A DNA stretch of 64,000 nucleotides, from NCBI GenBank assembly GCA_000934665.2, contig JYFJ02001417.1, positions 1-64,000 on the forward strand, given 5' to 3'. The notes under the pieces are model-generated. The model did not search any database. It saw only the letters and a list, made by a program, of their open reading frames with translations, and had not been told where the DNA came from. This document shows, one piece after another, positions 14,374 to 26,986 of the stretch (the first letter of the stretch is position 1; each line of letters opens with the position of its first letter). Made by a program: the position numbers and the translations under genes. The DNA is from Catajapyx aquilonaris. Lineage: Eukaryota.

Positions 14374-15277
14374 GCGGCAACATCATGAAGCACAGTGGAA
14401 GAAGATAGCACTCTGATTGACTGAAGTGGACGACCTAGCCTCGGATATTGTGGAGAATGAGTCCGTCGCAGGAATACACATCGCGAGACATGTATCCGGA
14501 CTATTATGTATTTAACTGTCAATCACAGCATCAATTTAGTCGACCCAGATGCACATCTCCATACCAACACGATGGGAGCGACATGAAGGGCTGCAAAAGC
14601 CATTTTACATCAAAGGAGCACAAATTTCATTGAAAGGTACCTGGCAAAATAGAAATTTCTGGAAAAGTACAAAATTCAATCCCTGAACTACACAACACTG
14701 TACATTCCGGCAGGACTATCCAATACACTATGCAGCGAGTCACCAGGGAGACGTCTTGACCCCTGACCTGATCAAGTGCCACCGCTGCTCCATCTCCACA
14801 ATATATTGTCTATCATCGGAATACTCTTGGGAGTACAACATAGAAATTTCAGCTCCTGGTCACGTTGAAACAAAATGAAGCGTATAAAATTCAATGCAAC
14901 TGTCTTGGACAACAAGTAAGCCGCCAAGATAATATTCATCAGTATTCATCAAATACCGTGATAAGCTGCACATATGAATTTTAATGTCAACGTTTGTATT
15001 GCTACTAACATTAGGCCTATATGCACTTGTTTCACTGCCATGTAAAATAATTGGCATTGTGGCATGGTGACCCCGCTGGGTGGCCTCCGGGTAGAAGAGG
15101 GCTAGCCGGAGAATAGGCCGGACGTGTGTTGTACCCAAGAGGAACAACGTGTGAATAAACGTAAATTAGATTGATCTCGGTACCATCATCTACCGCAAGA
15201 AGCATCTCACGTTGCAATACGCGAAGCAGCAGGCAACGGGAGCAGGACCTGCACAGGCGCCATCGGATGTCAACATC

Positions 15278-15477
15278 GCACCAACGATCTCTTCCTTGAT
15301 CAAGATAGCCACCGGGAGAAATCCGGAGGGTAAGGTCACCACTTCCGAGATCTGCGACTTCATCACCAGGGAATACCCTCAATGCATTTCGAACAAGCCA
15401 AACTGGAAGCAGGGTGTCGCCACCACATGTGCCATCCCATGCTACACTTCGCCGTTTAGAAACGACTCCAAGTGGTC
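15278..15477 (+). pseudogene. Divergent forkhead (FOX winged-helix) domain fragment
   Basis: PTISSLIKIATGRNPEGKVTTSEICDFITREYPQCISNKPNWKQGV aligns by eye to PYSYxxLIxxAIxxSPEKKLTLSEIYxFIxxxFPYYxxNKxGWxNSIRH. Confidence 0.8.
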
Positions 15478-16227
15478 ACAGGGTGCCGTCCATCTTACAG
15501 ATGGACCGGCTCTAGCGGGCCTGAAAAGTTTCAGCGCCCCATGATCTACCTAGATCACCGCATGCACATACGTATCTAATGTGCATGCTGCTCCAGTGCG
15601 AAAAAAGATCGCTAGGAGCTCACTGTCCGTGGCGAAACAGGATAGCTCCTCCCAACTGGAGAAACAATAGGTCTGCTTGCAACAGCACAGGGGCTACCAA
15701 GCCCCGTATCATCCCCAAGTATGACGCAACTTCAACGATCTAAAAAACTAGTGTCTGATGTTGCCTGCTTGATAAGCACGGTGGAAGAAGAGAAAACTCT
15801 GATTGACTGAAGTGGACGACCCAGCCTCGGATATTGCAGAGAATGAGTCCGTCGCAGGAATACACATCGCCGAGACATGGCGTCAGGATTCTCACAGTGC
15901 TCCCAAATGCCCAGGGACACAGCCCATAGAAGAGATGAAGGCAAATTAAGGTATCGGGAGACACTTCCAAACAAACTGTCAAATGGCTTGTTCTTTTGAT
16001 ATGCTTGTCTAAGACTCCTTCAGTCAAGAATGGACAGAAGTACTCAAGGTAACTTGTATACTGAATGTATGTAACAATATGATTCATCCAATTGCATTTC
16101 CGTAATTCGCGGGGAACTTGTCACGTATGTCACATATGTCATAATACGAGCGCAATGTTTTCTGAAAAATATGAGGAAACAAAAGTTGAGATCACCAGGG
16201 TCAACGTGGATATTATACAGTCCGACA

Positions 16228-16335
16228 ATGGCAAGGGAATTTGCGAATAAGGTGATGAGCAGCATAAAAGAGAAGTTTGAAGATCGTCCATGGCAAGACG
16301 CCCCACTCATGAGCTTGGCAATTGATCCCCGCCGC
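16228..16335 (+). pseudogene. hAT (Ac/ZBED-like) transposase fragment
   Basis: AREFANKVMSSIKEKF...LMSLAIDPR resembles AxxLxxxLxKRF...ATxLDPR. Confidence 0.45.
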
Positions 16336-18370
16336 TGCCGCCCAGTCCCAAAGGGTCCTGCTTCTCGCGCTGGTGTAATAAAAAGATTTTTTTAAAAAAA
16401 TCCCTCGGGAATAAAATACAAATCTCGACGGCCAACCCCAGGAATGTGTCACCCTGGTTTTACATAAATGGTTATAAATCGATAAACAGTGTGGAGAAGA
16501 GGCGCAAAGGTCAGCCCAGTTGAGGAAGGTGAATACAGCCATTCGTCAAGACGTATAATGAGTGACGAACGTCGGGAGAAGAGAAACCCGAAGGTCAGCC
16601 CAGCTGATGAAGGTATTCGCAGCCAACGTCGTTCATCCTGTGGACAGTCAGAAGTTATTTCGAACGTGTTTGGGTACGAGGGAATATACGATTTATTGAT
16701 TTGGGTACTTGGCATGTACTACTTGGTGGCAATATACCATACGAGGTTGAAAGATAACTTATTTACGCTTCCTTGTGAACTTCCTGACCTTAGGCGAGTT
16801 CCTTATCCTATACCCAATTACGCTGCACCCTGTGATAACCTTGCAAGTCTTGTCTCGACTGAGAAAATCATCACAAAGCTTAACGTGTGCTAGCTGGTCC
16901 CTGGACAACCCATATCGACACAAAATATGGACACAAAATAGCAACACTAGGTCGAATGAATTCCACAGAGTGTGATCCATTTTATCACCTGTGATGTGAA
17001 TCATTAATTATTACATACTAGTCAAATAGTACTTGTATTGCCAAAACTAACCAGCTTACCAACATGTACCCAGAGGCAGAAGTGTCTCGTTTCATTTTCC
17101 ATTTCATTGAATCACTATAATGTTCACTAGGTATTTTTTGTTTGGGAAATAAAACTGTGTGATAGTGATTAGTGAAGAACCGTACCTAAACATTGCCACC
17201 TTCAGCACAGTGCGTAGATAGTAATTAGTGACAGACTGCACATAAGAATATCTGTGTCTTTTACAGGCTTACACATAATAAGCACATTACTGTAGCGAAG
17301 ATGGCCATTCCGCAGAACTAATAGCCCAATATAATACAAGTTGGCAAGGTACAACACGAGGCTACTCTCGATCCTCCCGACATAATATCATTTTACGTAA
17401 AGAACCAAAATCTTCTCTTATGAATGTGAATATTCTAGGCATACCAGCACGCCTTTCACCAAAGAGCCCACTTATACGATGCCATTCAGTACCAAAATCT
17501 TAAAAGTTGTTATACTTGAACTACATTTACATAATATGCCACAAAAAGCAGACTTCGCCACATAATGCACATCTCAAGAGATTCCTCTAAATCAGGTCAC
17601 TCAAAGTGTTTCTGGTAATCAGTGTGAAACACTCACTATATTATCATATGGGAAATGCGAACACCATCTCTCCTCAGGTCACCTTTAAGTATTCAAGGCA
17701 ATTTGGGCAATCTCCATTTGTAAAGATTATTACCACCACACCGATGGACATCCTTATCAAATCAACACATTTCGCCAGGCACATCATTCTTATCAAAAAT
17801 ATCACGGGCGCCAGCATGTACAACTCTAGAATAATCAGATAATGCAGCAGTGACATATACCACAAAAAATTAGTTATGTTTGACCTTCAGAATGCAACAG
17901 ATAACATTCCAAGAGCAGTCCATTAACATACATAAATACCTACCAAAACAGCACACATTTTCCACATTTCACGGCTGTGGAAGAGTCGATCTTGCCCAAG
18001 CAAAGGAGGGCGAACAGCTCCTTCCGCAATGCCTACAGTCGGACAAAGTCTGCAGTTACAACACATCTGAAAACATTGCTCAAAGATTATTAATGGAGAG
18101 ACAGCTCGAAGACGGCTTCCAAATAAATATCGGCATTGCGATGTTAGCAACGTCACTGCACTGATATGACAGAAAACGCCGCAGATCAAATCATTGCCAA
18201 ATGTAGTGATGTAGAATCATAGGGCGAAATTGAATAGGACGTGACTAACCAGCAAAACGGAATCAAGTATTCAGGGCATTTGTGCAAGTCCTGGCACCAT
18301 TTGTGCAGATTCTGGGCTGTATAGTTATCACATGACGCAGCAGCGAGGGTAGAAGACGACGAATCCAGAC

Positions 18371-18673
18371 CTGTGGTTCTTAACCTATGGGTCGCTGGGT
18401 CTTGGGATGGGCGTCGTAACATTCAAAAAACCATGCATTGCACTTGTATATTTAACATACCCCGATTTTTGGAAGTTCAAAGTTGGACGCAATAGTCTAG
18501 CATCCTTTCCTACGCTGAACATGCTTCTTGAAGAAGAAAGTGCTGCATTTTGTAATGTGAAAGAGGTCATCCTGGAACATTTGACCGAAACTGTCCCTCG
18601 ACTATGATCACTACATCCCACTGACGGGGAAGTTACATTATGGGTCGCGGCTGGAAAAGGTTAAGAACCACTG
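18371..18673 (+). mobile_element. Internally deleted hAT-Charlie element
   Basis: Terminal inverted repeats (TIRs) CTGTGGTTCTTAACCT...AGGTTAAGAACCACTG. Degenerate 8-bp flanks ATCCAGAC/ATCTACAT resemble NTCTAGAN. Internal FWKFKVGRNSLASFPTLNMLLEE...VILEHL is Buster/ZBED5-like. Confidence 0.85.
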
Positions 18674-20569
18674 ATCTACATGAAACCTGGCGTGATGGCA
18701 AATCCATATGATCGAAGTTGAACAGATATATTCGCAAGCAATCGAGGGACATAGTAGATGCAGCCATTGAAGATCATGAAGACGCAGTTGAACGAAAATT
18801 CCACCCCCACGATTTTAAATAGTATACATTACAGTAAATAATCCCCCGGATCAATTCACCTTTCAAGCACGGTGATCATGACGAGCATGACCCTGATTGA
18901 ATAAGGGTCATAACGACCAAAATTATTTGCAAAATGCTCAAAGCTTAGCTACAACGTGAGGACGCAATATATTTGTTTCAGTTGTCGCAGGCCAGTTGTA
19001 GTTTGTACTGCCCGCCGACACAGTTTACTCTAATAACATGGTACGTCCTCATAAAAACACAGTAATAACAAGTCACTGAGCTTCCTTGGCACATGAGAAC
19101 AAGACTCTGGCATAGTTTGTATTAGGTGATAAATATTTAGAAATTGGTCCCCTTTGGTCTTATTGACAAGTTGCCCCTAACAAATTGCATTACCACCCAA
19201 AATATGAACTTGTTGATTTAGCAGTTGACTGTAAATAATTGTCTGTGTTGGAAACGACACCTACATAATCATGTATGCCTGCAATGTATTATATGGCCTG
19301 TACTTTCATATTGATTGAAAGGATGACCGTCTTCCGCTTCACGCAATATATGTCTATTCTTCATGCACGTCAGTATTAATAGTAGGCCTACCGGGGCGCT
19401 AGGTGCTCTCGTAGGACCCAACCCGACGCATCGTTTGAGGATTGTCAGACGAAGAAAAAGCAAATGATCAGCCCTGCGGATGTTGTGAGGAAACTGGAAG
19501 TAATACAACAACAACATTTCCGATCCCGACGTTCAACCTAGAGCTAATCCGAGAGGACGACGAAGTAGTATTTCTCAAGCACATTAGATGAGGCAGAGCG
19601 CTGGGAATGGCCAAAGCATGTTACTGACGCAGGCCCGTTATATTAAGACTGATAGAGGGGCACATGAAAATTAAATTCGGGCAAAAATGTAGCATTTTTG
19701 TTTTGATTTTTGCACACTTCAAGGCTAGTAGCCAACCACACAATGAATTTTTAAAATATGAAACTGTGACTAAAGTATGGGAGAGGGGGACCTGCGTGAA
19801 GAAGAGTGATCACTTGGGGTTCAGTGCCCACAAGACCATCCATACTGACCCCGCTTGGCGGAGGAGATATTTGAAAAATATCGCACTGCAACAGCCGAAA
19901 AAATAGTTGTCAGGTGACCTGAGTCCATTTATACTTAACCCACTTTAGGTGATTGCAACAGTAGTAGAAATATTGCACAATGACCAGGCAGCAGTAGTAC
20001 GACTATTATCAAAAGCAGCAGGTGTAGTAGAGTAGCAAGACGTAATAGAACTCTCACCAATATTTAATCATATTATGGACCATTTGTAATACAGCAATAT
20101 GTGTAATCTCGATTCATAGTTCATATAATACATTCAATGGAGATATTCTGCGCGCTGGATCACTATCGAAGAGGCCCCAAACAGACGAAGAACAAGGAAA
20201 TTTAAACATTTCAGGGAGCATGCCAACAAATACGCTAAGCATGTTCTTCCCACTTATTTGCAAGTGGATAATGAGACGGAACGCACCAACTCACATGAAG
20301 TAAACTACGGACGAATATAGCTTACGTTAGTTCAATAATAATGCCACGAGTTTTGCTGCGTGTGATCTGGCCCTTATCACGAGGATGGCCACTCTAGATC
20401 AATATTTATTGGATGATCGTATTGGTAAGATTAAGTTGGAGCTCGACGCCTCGTTAATGAAGGCAATTGGCGACCATGGGACCATAAATTTGCGACGCAG
20501 ACTACAACTTTGGAGAAGTCCAACGAAAGGCATCGAATTGCGGCATTGGAGGAGCAGGCGTAACTGATG

Positions 20570-20735
20570 ATGGAGAACCAATCCCGGCGCAACAACTTGG
20601 GTCATTCATGGATCGAAGGAGTCCACGAAGGAGACCAATCTTCTAAGATCTTCGGGGTGTTTTTGGCTGACCATAACCTGCACTCCAATGCAGCTGCAGT
20701 TCAACTTGAGAGGGTTCAACGCCTGGGGCGGGTCT
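20570..20735 (+). pseudogene. LINE ORF1 fragment (L1/CR1/L2-type RRM)
   Basis: MENQSRRNNL...VQLERVQRLGR matches LENxSRRNNL...IERAHRLG. Confidence 0.8.
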
Positions 20736-23700
20736 CTGGAAGTGGTCAAGAGAGGACGCCTGGGGACGAGAGAAGACTACGAACCGACTTTAACTCTAAC
20801 GAACTTATAGAAATACTTTCTGCTCTTGCATATGAAAATCCGAAATAAGTATATAAATACTTTTGTACCAAGAACTTCTGTTAATGCCAACAATATTATT
20901 TTACTTTCACTGTAATGACAAGCGCAGCCGTGCGAGACCGGATAATAACGCCTTTTGAAAACTTTCATAAAGTGCAATATCCAGGAAATGTTTTTAAAAT
21001 ATTTAAATGCTATACATTAATAAGAAAATCTCGACTCAATATTATGTGGTGTACTAAACTTTTGGAGTGTGAATTTGATGCATTTGATAGTTTAGCACAC
21101 ACAAAAAAAAGTGGCGTGGCCAAAGATAGAAGGTTACGAATTCAATATGAGCACAGGATGTCGTATTATGCAGACCACTAGGCATAGCTAGCTGTGAACA
21201 AATTCTGATATCAATACAAGCGGGGAAATGTATATTAAAGTTTAAACCTAATGGAAAAAATATTTACCCAGCACTTTTTCCAGCACTAACATCTGCAGTT
21301 TGCATGTATACAGTCCCTACAGATGTTTTGAAATATTTGGAAAGAGGCATCAAACACATTGTTAAAAATTACAATAACTCTTAACAAATTAACGTATGCC
21401 TTGACCATTGAGAACATTATGGTTTCAAGAGCTTCAAAGAGAAGTGGATCAAAAGCATCCCCTATTGGGGACGCTCAGCAAATGTGAGCCGCTGCCCGAC
21501 CCTCATGGACGATCCAGAAAATTTCCCCGTGAGACGAGCTTGTTTCAATCTACGTAACATTCCGCCCCAAAAACCAGAGAGAGAAGGAAGAAGATGCGTT
21601 TTCATGAGATAGGTTATGTAGTCTTGTAGTGGGATCACTGACGAGTTTAAGGCACAGTCTCAGTCTGCACCAGTTGCAATGCATACCACGACGCTTTGGC
21701 CTGGAGAAATGCTATGGTCAAACACACATGCATGGCCTTTACTGATTAGCCTGGACCGATTTCCAGAAACGTTCAGACCACCTGCAAACTTACTGGCATC
21801 AGGTAAAAATGTTCAACCGATAACTATTATTGTACCAAAAAAAGAACACATATGGCCTGAAGAATCTAGTAAGGTAAAACCGACTGAAAAGTTTCATGAT
21901 GTATACGCAGACCTCCGTAAGAAACCGTCGGAATTTACGCAGACGTCTTGTCTATACACTTACGACCACAAAGTTGGTCACAGCTGCTGCCACACTAGAG
22001 AAGGACATTGAATTGCGATGTGAGCCCCAACAAGAGACCTCATAGTTCATATACAATTTTCCAACCACAAGTGATATCGAATCTCTCCTAAAATTGTGCC
22101 AGGAAATTCAGAAATGCAGGAGATGGAAGCATCCTCTTCAATCCCCCCCGGTACGTCGGCACTCCTCCAGTGCACGTACTTTATCAGTGCCCGCTGGTTG
22201 TATTTGGAAAATGACGGGTAAGGCTGGGCCTAGTGGGTGTCCTAGAACAGGATCATTTCGGCCAGTTTTTTTTTTAAAGTCAGGTTGGTCCAAGGACCTT
22301 GCAATGTTTTGAAGAGGTTCTGATGTTCTACAATATTAAGGAATCAGAAATGGACAGTATATTGTATCTTGCATCATGATAAAATATCTTTAGACACATG
22401 ACTCGTGACCATGACTCGTGAGGAGCGATTCGCCGTCATTTTGGAAACGTGGAAGCGTATCGATACGGTATACAGGTGAATCTTATTATGGGGGTGACAC
22501 AATCATTCCATATTATATTAATCATAATTGAGCAAACATCTAAGTAATTAATAATTACAAGCTAATATGCTACTGAAACGTACTAATAGTGAGATGGCTG
22601 TAATTCAGGTTGGTTTTGACGTTCTCAGAAAGCGATTTCCATCCAATCGCCCGTCAGCTTGCAACACCCACGCATGCGCATTGTATGAACGGCACGTTTT
22701 GACGTAACTGCATACTTTCCTTGAAATTTTTTGAAAATATTTCAAGATTTGTTGAACCATAGAATTGGAAAACAGCAGAAGTGGTTCCGTCCGTAATAGT
22801 AGCATTGCAGAAAGCGTGGCGGACAGTCAAAAGCATTGAGGTTATCATACAATAATGCACAGGACGCCATTGTGTGCCTCAATAACCACAGGGAAGCCTG
22901 AAATCACTTCCATGATCTGAGGCAAAGCAAGAACCAAATCATATTTTGAATTCACACCACGTCACTTATTTAATATGAGAAAAAGCTATTCTGACTGGAT
23001 TGCACAAAATAACAAGATTCACGTGACTGACCCCATCAAGATGAGAGAGGTCGAAACAGAAATGATCCTTGTCACTGAAGTGCCCTTGATTTATTGCAAC
23101 TCACAGATCCTAAGACTTTCACAAAGCCATAATAATGGTGCTACATTGCCATGCACGACTTTTTGCCAAGAAGGACACTAATAACTGTTCATTCAGAAAA
23201 CAATTTCAGCAGATTCCATGCGACTTAGTAAAGATGAGAGCGAGCACGTTGCAAGTCAATTAACAGAACATTCATCAAGCTACATCAAGTATTAATGTAT
23301 TGTAGCATCTTGCTACGGAAAAACTCTTCATACCGAACCAATATTTTACTCTTTTAACTTGGTTGATATGAAAGTAATAGTGTTCTCCAGAGCAGTGGCA
23401 AAATCTTCTTTAACATTTGGCAATGGTATGTCAGTAATGAATAAAGTTTGACTTAATTTGGGAGAAATAAACCACGCCGCTGTTGTATTCGTAATGGACA
23501 GTAGACATGGTAAAGACAGAACATCCGGTGCAGTACGAGATTGCCGAAAATTGACCTTTAGGTCATGTCCTCATGTACTGTACAACTTCACTCACAATAC
23601 AACACACAACTGTCAGAGAGGGAGCAGACCGACAGAACAAATATTAAGCCTGCCCCAAGTATTCTCAAAAGATGATTATGTCAGGTGAAATATCCAAATA

Positions 23701-24709
23701 TAGGTCTTTCAAATCCGATGGGAAACCTTTTGCTAAAAATATAGGAAATGATAAGAACTTTTTGGAACGTGTTTGATGGCCCATGCTAACACAATTGTTG
23801 AAAGCCAGGGTGATGCATCATATTTATTTGAACAACACTTTAAGACAGTCTTTTTTAGGCTAATCAGATAGGTAATTTGGGGGGTGGCAAATAAGGCACT
23901 TTTTGCACTGGAGCCTCACTCCAACCATTGGACATGCACTCACTGTCTAACTAGCATACTCAGGAGAAAAACTATACAGACCTAACACAGATTTCACCTG
24001 CCCCAAGTGTTCTTCGATGATGATAAAATTGTTGTCAGATCTAGTCAGTCTAGATATGGAGAATATTTCGATGTAGCCTGCATTCAAATAAAGAGGCAGC
24101 CCTAGGTGGTCTTCAAATTAAATATCGGCAGTAATTGGTGCGATTTTTCTAAAGGTCCTTAATAGTCCAGGCAATGAAGGGGGTGTAGACGGAAATGTCG
24201 GGACGGCAAGAATTGACCTCAGGGCTTTGTTTGGACTAGTTAGGAGGTAAACATACTAAAAGTCCCGGGACCTAGGAGGTGAGGCTAAGGGGGGAGGGGG
24301 GGAAGAAGGTACGGTTTTTTGGTTTTTATATTATATCTCGAAATCGGGGAGGTCTAGCCAGAATGTGGTAGTGTACAAAGTTGAAGCTGGTAAAATTCCC
24401 TACAAGAATCTCTCTATTAACTATTTACGTATCTGTTATAGTTTCAGAGATATACGCCCGTCAAAATCGCAAATTCCCCAAAAAAACATTCTTGCGTCCC
24501 GTTTGTTCACAAACCTTTCCTTTTATCTCATTTTCCGTTCATTTGAGATGAAAGTCTTCAGAGAAGAAGTTGTAGAGCATTAAATTTCCTATCAAATGAG
24601 TATATTATTCCATATTGTAACCTCAACTGATCGAAAGTTCTGCAATTTGAAAATTTTGTGCAAATTCCGATATGTATATGACGCAATCCCGTGTATTGCA
24701 ATTTATCGT

Positions 24710-25045
24710 TATTATACCATCGTATTATGTTATATTATTCTATATTATATTGTTATATTACTGTATATTATATTGTAATATTTTATTGTTATATTATATT
24801 GTAATATTTTATTGTTATATTATATTGTAATATTTTATTGTTATATTATATTGTAATATTTTATTGTTATATTATATTATTCTATATTATATTATGTTAT
24901 ATTACTGTATATTATATTGTAATATTTTATTGTTATATTATATTGTAATATTTTATTGTTATATTATATTATTCTATATTATATTATGTTATATTACTGT
25001 ATATTATATTGTATTTTTATATAATATAATATAATATAATGATTA
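24710..25045. repeat. AT-rich TATTA/TTATA-type minisatellite in the left arm (mirrored at 26988-27270)
   Basis: Read directly. The right-arm version has an expanded ~33-bp unit TATAATATAGAATAATATAACATAATACGATGG. Confidence 0.95.
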
Positions 25046-25399
25046 TATATTCCACACATTGAAGAAATGCTATCATTATAATTATGGAGTACGTACAGTA
25101 CACTTCAATACGTGGGGAAAGGGTATTTATATAATAAAGAACCAACATTCATGGAAATCTAATGTAATTTTTAAAAAAGTGCCCTACATTCAGGCACGTA
25201 GGCATGGAAGTGCATCAAAAGTGATTCAGTTCGTAATAAATGAACGTAATAAAAATATGGCTACAAATGGAATTTAAGCCATGTTTTCCGCATTGTTATG
25301 TGTGCCAGTCACAGACCTTACGAGCGTATAGACTGGAAATAGTGGCAAATACGTTCTCGCTAGTGGGTTCAGTTGCACGGCTACCTTGAAAAACCGACG

Positions 25400-25858
25400 A
25401 TGACTTGAGGATGTTTTTGGAATACGAGTTGGCCCCATTCCTGTTAGCCTTATTCAATGAAAGTGGAATGAGCAAAAAGACAAAGAAATCAGCCATGTAC
25501 GCGTACACCCTTTTGCATACGTAGCCTACTACCAGAAAGGATTGGGACCCACCAAACTTTGACATAGTTGATGGGGAATTTCTTACGCACAAAGTGATTT
25601 GGCCAAGAGGATGCATTGTTTCCACCATTTGTGAGGCATAGGACATCAAATTCATTAATAACCACTATACCCTGGGAGGAGCTGCACAGTTGTATTTGAT
25701 GGCCACACCAACTCGCCCAACAGCACAAGGCAGCTGAACAGGAGTGACGCTATCGGATGAAGAAATCAGCCGATGTAAACTTTAATTTGGATACTGGAAT
25801 CACTGTCAAGCAAGATCACTTCCTCTCTAATGAGCACAATACAAGCAGGCTGATTACC
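25400..25858 (+). pseudogene. Transposon-type protein fragment in the fold-back loop (PIN-like region, unclassified family)
   Basis: FLEYELAPFLLALFNESGMSKKTKKSAMY, IVDGEFLTHKVIW, TVVFDGH, QDHFLSNEHNTSRLI, with stops and frameshifts. Confidence 0.8.
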
Positions 25859-25969
25859 CTACGAACTGAATCACTTTTGATGCACTTCCATATACGTACC
25901 TAACGTGCATGTAGGTCACTTTTTAAAAATTATATGAGATTTCCATGAATGTTTTTTTTTTTATATATA

Positions 25970-26531
25970 CAGGGTGTCTATTGTAACTCTGCAAAGACTT
26001 TCAGGGATAATAGAGGGGACCAAGACAAGTATTTTTGACATAGGAACCCGTGTCCGGAAACGTCATCTAGAGGGGGTTCACAGACAAGAAACGGGTGAGC
26101 TCAGACGCGTCAGGCGAGAGGCGCTAAGAGAGCGGACTGTTTTGTTGATAGATGGCGCCCAGTTGTTGCCAGGTTATGGCGTATCGCGTCGTTGTACGCA
26201 AACAACAACGCGATACGCCATAACCTGGCAACAACAGAACCGCTGTTGACTATCCGCGCGTCTCCTAGGAGGCATACTTTAGTTGCTAGATGGCTCTGCT
26301 GTTGTCAGGTTATGACACATTGCATCGTTGGTTACTATCCGAGCGCCATCTATCAACAAAACAGGCCGCTCCCCTAGCGCCTCTCGCGTGACGCGTCTGA
26401 GCTCACCCGTTCCTTGTCTATGAACCCCCTCTAGATGACGTTTCCGGACACGGGTTCCTATGTCAAAAATACTTGTCTTGGTCCCCTTTATTATCCCTGA
26501 AAGTCTTTGCAGAGTTACAATAGACACCCTG
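25970..26531. mobile_element. Tc1/mariner-type MITE, ~190-bp TIRs, TA flanks
   Basis: TA|CAGGGTGTCTATTGTAACTCTGC...GCAGAGTTACAATAGACACCCTG|TA, with an additional internal hairpin at 26162-26235. Confidence 0.93.
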
Positions 26532-26646
26532 TATATACGAGTATTACGTAGGCTATACAGTATACCCTTTCCACATGTATTGAAGTGTACGTACACCATA
26601 TAATTATAGATTTCTTCAATGTGTGGAATGTAACCATGATATTATA

Positions 26647-26986
26647 CAGGGTGTCTCATCTGTTTTGTCCGAACAGTTATCAGAAAATTGCACGTAGCTG
26701 CTACTTTGTAAGCAGTGACTTCCAAACGGTGATTTTTCGGAGGAATGGGGAATATACTTGTATTCCCTGCGAATCGTTAGGTTGAAGTGGCATACGTGCT
26801 GCCCCCTGAAAATTGAGGTTCAAGCCTGGAAAAAAGAGGGTCACACATGCCATGGTATGTGTGACCCTCTTTTCCCCCATTCCCCATTCCCTCCGACAAA
26901 TCACCGGTTGCAAGTCACTGCTTAAAAAGTAGCAGCTACGCGCCATTTTCCGATAACTGTTCGGACAAAAAAGATGGGACACCCTG
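26647..26986. mobile_element. Second Tc1/mariner-type MITE, ~105-bp imperfect TIRs, TA flanks
   Basis: TA|CAGGGTGTCTCATCTGTTTTGTCCGAACAG...CTGTTCGGACAAAAAAGATGGGACACCCTG|TA. Confidence 0.92.

Larger units (their letters stand above)
13843..15880 (+). repeat. Diverged direct duplication (13843-14490 vs 14855-15880) with copy-specific inserts
   Basis: Shared blocks ACGTTGAAACAAAATG..., CATGTAAAATAAT and AAGCAC(A/G)GTGGAAGAAGA...GAGACATG occur in the same order in both copies. Confidence 0.9.

Noticed and set aside
14259..14522. Poly-tyrosine ORF
   Set aside because: Artefact of the (TAA)22 microsatellite.
23500..23585. Minus-strand CR1 3' remnant (T*GHDLK)
   Set aside because: The motif is too short to call. 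It is counted only as a doubtful minus-strand case.
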